A stretch of 64,000 bases of DNA from an uncultured Actinomycetes bacterium (GTDB lineage: Bacteria > Actinomycetota > UBA4738 > HRBIN12): NCBI GenBank assembly GCA_963704725.1, contig OY969934.1:544001-608000 (forward strand). Direction: 5' to 3'. The position numbers and the translations under genes were made by a program. This document shows positions 56,873-64,000 of this stretch, one piece after another (the first letter of the stretch is position 1; every line of letters begins with the position of its first letter). The notes beneath the pieces are model-generated. The model searched no databases, was not told the DNA's origin, and saw only the letters and a list, made by a program, of their open reading frames with translations.

Positions 56873-57711
56873 TCGTCGCCGCCTCGACGCTCGCCGGCCT
56901 GGCCGCCTTCCTCGTGGCGTGGTCCGCGTCGGCCGCGGGCGGCGCGTCGGTGCTGGGTCGAGCGGGCCTCGACGTCACCTCGGGCCCCGCGGAACGGCAT
57001 CGACTGCACGAGGCGCTCGGCCGCGTCGGCGTCTCCGGGCTCGGCCGGAGGGTGCGCCGGGACCGGGTCGCCGCGCTCTGCCGCGCCGCCGACACGTCGT
57101 GGACGGTCGACCAGATCGTGGGCGCGAAGGTCGCGGGTCCTGCGTTGGCGGTTCTCGGGGCCCTCGCGTCCCCGGCACCGGCGCCGCTGCTCGCCGCTCC
57201 GCTGGCGCTGCTCGCGTGGCGGGTGCCGGAGGCCCTGCTGGCTCGAACGGTCGCCCGTCGCCTGGGGCGCGCCGCACGCGAGGTCCCGCTCTTCCTCGAC
57301 CTGCTGGCCGTGGCCACGTCGGCGGGCCTCGCCCCTCAGCTCGCGGTGCGGAGCGCGGCGGCCCCGCTCGAGGGGCCGCTCGCCGACGAGCTCAGATCGG
57401 CCATCCGGCGTACCGACCTCGGTCGCCGGTGGCGGGACGAGGTCGCGGCCGTCGGCGCGCGCCTGGCGTCACCCGACCTGCGCCGGGCGGCGGCGGTGCT
57501 CGGGCGGAGCGAGTCCCTCGGGTCCGCGCTCGCCGACGAGATCGCACGGCTCGCGGCGGACGTGCGCGAGGAGCGCCGTTCGCGAGCGGCCGAGCGCGCC
57601 CGCGTGGCGCCGGTCAAGATGCTGTTCCCGCTGGTCTTCCTGATCCTTCCCGCGTTCCTCCTCCTCACCGTGGTGCCGGTGCTGCTCAGCACCGTGCGAT
57701 CGATCGGCTGA
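56869..57711 (+). CDS. tadC: Tad pilus membrane platform protein TadC
   Basis: PLFLDLLAVATSAGL, AAERARVAPVKMLFPLVFLILPA. Confidence 0.88.
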   Translation: MIVAASTLAGLAAFLVAWSASAAGGASVLGRAGLDVTSGPAERHRLHEALGRVGVSGLGRRVRRDRVAALCRAADTSWTVDQIVGAKVAGPALAVLGALASPAPAPLLAAPLALLAWRVPEALLARTVARRLGRAAREVPLFLDLLAVATSAGLAPQLAVRSAAAPLEGPLADELRSAIRRTDLGRRWRDEVAAVGARLASPDLRRAAAVLGRSESLGSALADEIARLAADVREERRSRAAERARVAPVKMLFPLVFLILPAFLLLTVVPVLLSTVRSIG

Positions 57712-57726
57712 GAGAGGAGGTGTGCC

Positions 57727-57921
57727 GTGTTGCTTTCCTGGTACGTCCGCGCGCGGACGAAGCTGGCCGAGCAGGTGGGCCAGACGACCGCGGAGTACGC
57801 GCTCGTGATCCTGGCCGCCGCCGCGGTGGCGGTCGTCCTGATCGCGTGGGCCCGCTCGTCGGGCAAGCTGCCCGCGTTCTTCGACGACATCATCGATCAG
57901 GTCGCCGGCAGTGCGAACTAG
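57727..57921 (+). CDS. flp: Flp pilin (DUF4244-like)
   Basis: GQTTAEYALV prepilin motif plus hydrophobic helix; GAGGAGG RBS. Confidence 0.9.
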   Translation: MLLSWYVRARTKLAEQVGQTTAEYALVILAAAAVAVVLIAWARSSGKLPAFFDDIIDQVAGSAN

Positions 57922-57937
57922 CGGCCATCCGTCCCCG

Positions 57938-58324
57938 ATGGGACGAGGTCGTGGCGAGCGCGGGTCGGCGGTCGTCGAGTTCGCGCTGCTCCTCCCGATC
58001 CTGCTGATCCTGCTGATGGCGCTCGTCCAGGTCGGCGTGCTGGCGAGGGACCGCTTGCTGCTCGCACAGGCCTCGCGCGCCGGGGCGCGCGAGGCCGCCA
58101 TCACCGACGTGCAGGGTGACATCGAGGACGCGGCCGCCGGCGCGGCGCCGGGTCTGGACCGTGGGCGTCTACAGGTCACGATCGCGCGAGCGGGAACGCG
58201 AGGGCAACCGGTGACCGTCTCGCTCGCCTACGACGTGCCGATCGCGGCCGTCCTCGCGGGTTGGCTGTTCCCGTCGAGCGTCTCGCTCGATGCGGCGGCG
58301 ACGGCGCGCCAGGAGTTCGGGTGA
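57938..58324 (+). CDS. tadE: TadE-like pseudopilin
   Basis: ERGSAVVEFALLLP, ASRAGAREAA. Alternative start 57911. Confidence 0.88.
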   Translation: MGRGRGERGSAVVEFALLLPILLILLMALVQVGVLARDRLLLAQASRAGAREAAITDVQGDIEDAAAGAAPGLDRGRLQVTIARAGTRGQPVTVSLAYDVPIAAVLAGWLFPSSVSLDAAATARQEFG

Positions 58325-58701
58325 CGCCGCGACCGCCCCGTGACGAGCGCGGGTCCGTCTCCGTGCTCGCGGCCGCGATCGTGGCGGCGCTCGTCGTCAT
58401 GGCGCTCGGGACGGCCGACCTGGCGCGGGTCCTGATCGTCGCGGCGTCGGCGCAGACCGCGGCCGATGTCGCGGCGCTGGCCTCGGCGCAGGAGCTGGCT
58501 CTTCCCGGCGACCTCGAGCCCGCCGACGTCGCGCGCGAGTACGCGGAGCGCAACGGCGCCGAGATGCTCGCCTGCGAGTGCGACACGGGCACTTTCGAAG
58601 CCGTCGTCACGGTGCGGATCGCGGTGGGTTCCCTCCTGCTGTTCGCCGACGATCGCGCGGTCGAGGCGCGCGCCCGGGCGGTCGTGGACCTGCCCACGTG
58701 A
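58321..58701 (+). CDS. TadE/TadG-like pseudopilin (Rv3654c-like)
   Basis: DERGSVSV, AQTAADVAALA, ARARA C-terminus. Confidence 0.82.
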   Translation: MTPRPPRDERGSVSVLAAAIVAALVVMALGTADLARVLIVAASAQTAADVAALASAQELALPGDLEPADVAREYAERNGAEMLACECDTGTFEAVVTVRIAVGSLLLFADDRAVEARARAVVDLPT

Positions 58702-58765
58702 AGGCCCGGCGCCGCGCTCGGTGACCGCCGAACCGTGCCGGCGGCGGGGTGTACCATGCCTCTTC

Positions 58766-59161
58766 ATGGCGATACGGGCGATCACGCAGCGGCGGGGCAA
58801 GCGGGGGCTGCTGGCCACCGTCGACTACACGCTCGCCAAGCGCGCCCTGCTCGTGCAGGTGCGCACGGGGCTCCTCGCTCGATCGGACATCTGCGACGCC
58901 CACCCCGAGCTCCTGCGGGCGGCGCGGAACGTCGGCGAGCACTCTCGCCGCGACTGCCCGGTGTGCGCGGAGGCCAAGCTCCGGCTCCTCGCCTACGTGT
59001 ACGGCGACGGGCTGAAGGAGAACAACGGCCGGGTGTGGCCGCTCGACGTGGGGCTCTCCATGGCCGCGGACCGGCCGGGATCCTGGTGTTACGTGGTCGA
59101 GGTCTGCACCGAGTGCCAGTGGAACCACCTGTCCGAGGCGTTCGTCGCCCGGGCCGTCTGA
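58766..59161 (+). CDS. DUF5318 family protein
   Basis: VDYTLAKRA, CDAHPELLRAA, CPVC, YVVEVCTECQWNHL. Typical position upstream of actinobacterial PBP1. Confidence 0.85.
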   Translation: MAIRAITQRRGKRGLLATVDYTLAKRALLVQVRTGLLARSDICDAHPELLRAARNVGEHSRRDCPVCAEAKLRLLAYVYGDGLKENNGRVWPLDVGLSMAADRPGSWCYVVEVCTECQWNHLSEAFVARAV

Positions 59162-59268
59162 CCTCGCGTTCCGCCCCGCGTCACGATTCCGTCACGGGAA
59201 CTCCACAGGCGTTCACGCAGGTCAGGTGGCTGGGAATCGTCCGGTCCGTGGCTACAATCGGGGACACC

Positions 59269-61465
59269 TTGGCGGTCGACACCGCACCAAGCAGCACCGG
59301 CAAAGGTGCGAGACACGCCCCCCGCAAGAAGCGAGCGCAGAAGGGCTTCAAGGCCTGGCTGCGCCGCTGGTGGTGGGTCTTCGTCGTCGTGCCGGCCTCG
59401 GGGATGCTCCTCGTGCTGGGGATGCTCCTGTACGTGTACGCGCATCTCGAGCTGCCCGCGACGCCGCCGCCGCTGCAGACCACCCACATCTACGACAGCA
59501 ACGGCAACCAGATCGCCACGCTCCACGCCGGCGTGGACCGCACGATCATCCCGCTCTCGGACATGCCCAAGCCGTTTCAGCACGCGGTGATCGCCGTCGA
59601 GGACCACGACTTCTACCGGCACCCGGGGATCGATCCGCTGGGGATCGTGCGCGCGGCGTGGACGGATCTGCTCAACCGCGGGGCCGTCCAGGGGGCGTCG
59701 ACGATCACGCAGCAGCTCGTGAAGACCGTGTACGCCGGGCGGTACGTGACCGACCCGCAGACGGACGCCGAGGTGTACGTCACGCCGCCGCGGACGATCG
59801 GGCAGAAGGTCCGCGAGGCGCTGCTCGCGATCAAGGTCGAGCAGACCTACACGAAGGACGAGATCCTCGAGAAGTACCTCAACACCGTCTACTTCGGCCG
59901 GGGCGCCTACGGCGTGCAGGCCGCGGCCCAGACCTACTACCAGAAGGACGCCAAGGACCTCTCGATCCTGGAGAGCGCCATGCTGGCCGGGCTGATCCGG
60001 AGCCCCGGAACGTACGACCCCACGATCGAGGGAAACGACGCGGCGCTCGCGCGGCGGAACTTCGTGCTCGAGCGGATGGTGGCCGAGGGTTACCTGGCCG
60101 CCGGCCGCCTCGCGAACATGCAGGCCCAGCCGGTGCGCACGAACGCGATCGAGACGGTCGGTCTTCATTTCCCGGGCAAGCTCGGCTACTTCCTCGACTA
60201 CACGCGCCGCGCCCTCATCGATCAGTACGGCGAGGCGCCGGTGTTCGGCGGCGGGCTGGAGGTCACCACGACCCTCGATGAGGCGATGCAGCGGGAGGCC
60301 GTGGAGGCCGTCGAGAGCCGGCTCGACACGGAGGGCGATCCCGACGCCGCGCTGGTGGCGATCGACCCCCGGACGGGCGGCGTCCTGGCCATGTACGGAG
60401 GACGGAACTTCAACCAGGAGCACGTGAACCTGGCCACGGGCGCCGGCGGCACCGGTCGGCAGGCCGGCTCGGCGTTCAAGATGTTCACGCTCGTCGCCGC
60501 GCTCCAGCAGGGCTACGACCTCAACGCCCGGTGGAACGGCCCCGGCACGATCACGATCCCCGACACCGCCTGCTACACGAACGGGCAGCCCTGGGAGCTC
60601 TCCAACGCAAGCGACTCGGAGAGCGGCGTGTTCACGTTGCTCTCGGCGACGACGCACTCCGTGAACACGGTCTACGCGCAGGTCGTCTCGGCCGTGACCC
60701 CCCAGGCGGTCGTGAACGTGGCGCAGGACATGGGGATCCGGTCCCACCTCGACCCGGTGTGCTCGATCACGCTGGGGACGCAGGACGTCACGCCGCTCGA
60801 CATGACCGACGCCTACGCCACGCTCGCCGCTCGAGGCGTGCAGCACCGGGCCACGCCGCTGCAGAAGGTCGATGGACCCCAACGGCACGAAGGTACGAGA
60901 TCAACACGGACGGGAGACGCGTGCTCCAGGCGAACGACGCGGACCTCGCGACCTACGCGCTCCAGACCGTGATCACCAGCGGCACCGGCACGCTCGCGAA
61001 CATCGGGAGGCCGGCCGCCGGCAAGACCGGGACGAACCAGGAGTACCGCGACGCATGGTTCTGCGGCTTCACGCCGCAGCTCGCCGCGTGCGTGTGGGTG
61101 GGGCACGCGGAGGGACAGATCCCGATGTACAGCGTCGAGGGGTTCTCGCCGGTGTTCGGCGGCACGATCCCCGCGCTCATCTGGCACGACTTCATGACCG
61201 CGGCGCTCGCGAACAAGCGCGTGATCGAGTTCCAAGACCCGGTGTTCACGGGCTACACGCTCGGTCCGCCGAGCCCGGTGTCGCTCCCGTCTCCATCCCC
61301 GAGCCCGAGCGAGTCGCCCTCGCCCGAGCCCACGGAGTCGCCGAGCCCGACTCCGCCCACCGGTCCGACGGGCACCGGCCCGACCGGTCCCTCGGGGACC
61401 GGTCCGGGTCCGACCGGTCCGACGGCGGGCGCGGTCCGACCGGGGGACAGGGCCGGAGCCCCTGA
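59269..61465 (+). CDS. ponA: Class A penicillin-binding protein (PBP1A), frameshifts near 60875-60895 and probably near 61430
   Basis: EDHDFYRHPG, QGASTITQQLVK, YLNTVYFGRG, SAFK, SVN and GKTGT motifs; Pro/Ser/Thr/Gly tail. TACAAT at 59253. Confidence 0.9.
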
Positions 61466-61468
61466 GGC

Positions 61469-63628
61469 CTACGAGGCCTCGCTGACGGAGAACTCGCGCG
61501 GCGCCGGCACCGCGTCGAGCGGCAGTGTGGCGAGCACGGTCGTGCCCTTGCCCGGCGTCGAGTGGACCATGAACGTGCCGTTGGCGAGCTCGACGCGCTC
61601 GCGCATCGAGGCGAGCCCCACCCGGCCCATCTGCAGGTACTCGCGCGCCTTGGCCGAGTCGAACCCCACGCCGTCGTCGGCCACCTCGATGCGGAGCTGG
61701 CCGCCGACCGCCTCCACCGAGACCGCCACCCGCTTGGCCTTGGCGTGCTTCGTGCTGTTCGAGAGCGCTTCCTGGACGATGCGGTAGGCGAGCGTCTCGA
61801 GGTCCTGGGGGATCTCGAGCGTGGCCCTGCCGATGAACTCGGACTTCACGTGGTTCTCGGTCCCGTACTTGTCGACGTTCTCGCGCAGCGCCGGGATCAG
61901 GCCCCGCTCCTCGAGCAGCGGCGGGCGGAGCCCCGACATCAGGCGCCGGAGGTTGTCCGCCTCCTCCGAGAGCTCGCGCCGGACCTTGGACAGGACCTCG
62001 ATGCCCTCCTCCATCTCTCCGGCCTTCAGCATGAGCAGGACGGCCTCCATCGACAGCGACGCCGCCGAGACCCCTTGCACCGGACCGTCGTGCAGGTCGC
62101 GGGCGATGCGGTTGCGCTCGCTCTCGATCGCGGCGTTCGTCCGCCGCATGATCCGCGTGCGGTCCTCGTCGCGGTCCTGGAGGAACTTGAACAGGGACCG
62201 GATCGTCTGGTCGGCCACGCGCGCGGCGGTGACGTCGCGGACCAGCAGGAGCCGCCGCGGGGGGTCGCCGGGGATCTCGGACATCCGGGACTCGAGGTAG
62301 ACGGCGTTGCCCTCGCGCCGCAGCGTCCCCTGGCCGGTCATCGGCAGCGAGGCGAAGGATTCGTCGGCCTCGATCGAGGCCGCGAGCGCCGTCCATGGCT
62401 GGCCCTCGACGAGCGCGGTGGTCAGCTCGATCATCCGGCAGAAGGCGCCGTTGGCGCGCAGGATCACGTCGCGGTCGTCGAGCTCGACGATCCCGTCGAC
62501 CGCGGCCTCGAACACCGTGCGCAGGCGCTCCTCGGACTCGCGGAGGGTCTCGTTCGCCCGCTGGAGCCTGGCCAGGGCCTTGTCCGTCTCTCGGAGCGCG
62601 ACCTCCTTCTGGTTCAGGGCCTCGTGCACCGCCCGTTGGGCGTGCGCGCCGCGGACCTGGTTCACCAGGATGCGGAGCACGACGCCGATGAGCAGGATGC
62701 CGATCAGGCCGGACGCGTGGAGCGGGCCGATGCGCTCGTCGATCTCGAGCGTCGCCACCGTGCCGAGCGCGCCGCACGCCGTCGTCACCGACATGGTGGT
62801 GAGCAGGGCCCGCCCGTAGCGGGCCGGCCGGAGGGCGCGGTGCTCGTCCGCCAGGCGCGGGATCGTGGTGACGAGGAGGGCCACGAGCAGGGTGGACAGG
62901 GCGATCGGGAGCTCGATCTCCGGCACGCCGACGCGGAACGTGCCGCGGACCCACGCGTCGCCGAAGATCAGCAGGCCGCTCGAGAGCGCGCACATCGCGA
63001 GGAACAGCCCGACGTGCGACACGGTGGGCAGCCACAGGGCGAGGGCGCCGTAGGCCGCGACGATGGCGGCCACGATCGCGGCGAACTCTCCGGCCGAGGC
63101 GGAGACCGCGGTGTCGGGAACCCCCGGGCGGAGCAGGAGGTACAGGATCGTGCCGAGCGCCACCGTGGTGAGCGCGACGTCGGCCGTGATCTCGCGGCGG
63201 TCCTCACGCGGGACGTGCCCGCGGAGCTCGTACGCGACGGGGATCAGGAACAGCGCGGCCACGAGCACCAGCGCGGCGTCGTACGGCGTCGGGGTGGTGA
63301 ACTCGGTGTGCCGGAACTCCAGGAGTGCCAGCGTCGACGTGACCGCGGCCATCCCCAGCGTTCCCAGGCCGAGCGACCACGCGCTCCGCCACGCGTCGGG
63401 GCGGCGCGCGCGGGCGAAGATGGCCAGGGCGGCGACGAGACAGGCGCCGGCGACGATCGCGCTCGGGGCTCCCTCCGCGTCTCGGATGTCGGGGAGCGCG
63501 AGCACGTACCCCGCGAGGACGCTCGCCGCCACCAGGAGGAGGACGGCTGACGCGAACCAGCCACGCCGCTGCGCGGGATGTGCAGACATCTCGCCGGTAT
63601 GTTCGTCCACGAACGAGGGTGACTCCAT
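61469..63628 (-). CDS. Multi-TM PAS sensor histidine kinase (HisKA_3)
   Basis: About 9 TM helices, PAS, ERNRIARDLHDGPVQ, QEALSNSTKHA, DDGVGFD. Start uncertain (63589/63628/63661). Confidence 0.9.
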   Translation of the reverse strand: MESPSFVDEHTGEMSAHPAQRRGWFASAVLLLVAASVLAGYVLALPDIRDAEGAPSAIVAGACLVAALAIFARARRPDAWRSAWSLGLGTLGMAAVTSTLALLEFRHTEFTTPTPYDAALVLVAALFLIPVAYELRGHVPREDRREITADVALTTVALGTILYLLLRPGVPDTAVSASAGEFAAIVAAIVAAYGALALWLPTVSHVGLFLAMCALSSGLLIFGDAWVRGTFRVGVPEIELPIALSTLLVALLVTTIPRLADEHRALRPARYGRALLTTMSVTTACGALGTVATLEIDERIGPLHASGLIGILLIGVVLRILVNQVRGAHAQRAVHEALNQKEVALRETDKALARLQRANETLRESEERLRTVFEAAVDGIVELDDRDVILRANGAFCRMIELTTALVEGQPWTALAASIEADESFASLPMTGQGTLRREGNAVYLESRMSEIPGDPPRRLLLVRDVTAARVADQTIRSLFKFLQDRDEDRTRIMRRTNAAIESERNRIARDLHDGPVQGVSAASLSMEAVLLMLKAGEMEEGIEVLSKVRRELSEEADNLRRLMSGLRPPLLEERGLIPALRENVDKYGTENHVKSEFIGRATLEIPQDLETLAYRIVQEALSNSTKHAKAKRVAVSVEAVGGQLRIEVADDGVGFDSAKAREYLQMGRVGLASMRERVELANGTFMVHSTPGKGTTVLATLPLDAVPAPREFSVSEAS

Positions 63629-63716
63629 CACCCGGCCGGGGCACCTACGTCGAACGCCCATCCTAGGCCGGTTGGCCGAGCGACCGGTGGCGCGACCGGC
63701 GGACCCCCGGTTCGGC

Positions 63717-63998
63717 CTACTCGATCAGGCGGCGGCGCAGGGCCTCGGCGACCGCGGCCGTGCGGTCGGATGCGCCGAGCTTCTCGAAGATGTGCTCGAG
63801 GTGAGTCTTCACCGTGTCGGGCGAGATGTACAGGCGCTCGGCGATGTCGCGGTTGGTGTGGCCGAACGCGAGGAGCTGGAGCACCTCGATCTCGCGGGCG
63901 GTGAGCGTCTCGGCGCGACGGTCGCGCTCCTTGGCCTGGCTGAGCTCCTCGGCCAGCGCCACCACGAGCTGGGGGTCGATGACCATGTTGCCGCCGGC
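63717..63998 (-). CDS. NarL/LuxR response regulator, C-terminal part (truncated by window edge)
   Basis: LTAREIEVLQLLAFGHTNRDIAERLYISPDTVKTH. Confidence 0.9.
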   Translation of the reverse strand, partial: AGGNMVIDPQLVVALAEELSQAKERDRRAETLTAREIEVLQLLAFGHTNRDIAERLYISPDTVKTHLEHIFEKLGASDRTAAVAEALRRRLIE

Positions 63999-64000
63999 CA

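Noticed and set aside
61260-61465. Repetitive CCGAGC/CCGACCGGT tract
   Set aside because: Encodes the Pro/Ser/Thr/Gly-rich tail usual for actinobacterial class A PBPs.

Overview
High-GC chromosomal window from a probable deep-branching actinobacterium. No rRNA, CRISPR array, transposase or integrase is recognisable. Left part: sugar utilisation (GH94 phosphorylase; LacI + ABC + GH3 bxl-like locus with visible operators), asnA, several HisKA_3 two-component genes, a glycerate kinase/aminotransferase/2-hydroxyacid dehydrogenase operon, and MFS/MMPL transporters. Middle part (about 25-44 kb) is accessory-like and ends at tRNA-Sec. It holds a structured RNA candidate with a 14-nt complement to the 16S 3' end plus a micro-ORF, and an ECF41 sigma with its own promoter. 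It also holds the most interesting element, a self-contained module: a MalT-like NTPase-TPR-wHTH/BTAD regulator, a 62-aa partner and four secreted proteins, whose three promoters share an 11-bp tandem repeat at fixed spacing from a -10-like hexamer. Right part: HAD hydrolase followed by a compact Ms1-like RNA, an ECF/anti-sigma/M15 peptidase operon, a Crp regulator with CRP boxes, a Tad/Flp pilus locus, DUF5318, PBP1A and a two-component pair. At least seven genes carry +1 frameshifts that look like sequencing errors. All family assignments come from motif recognition, not database searches.
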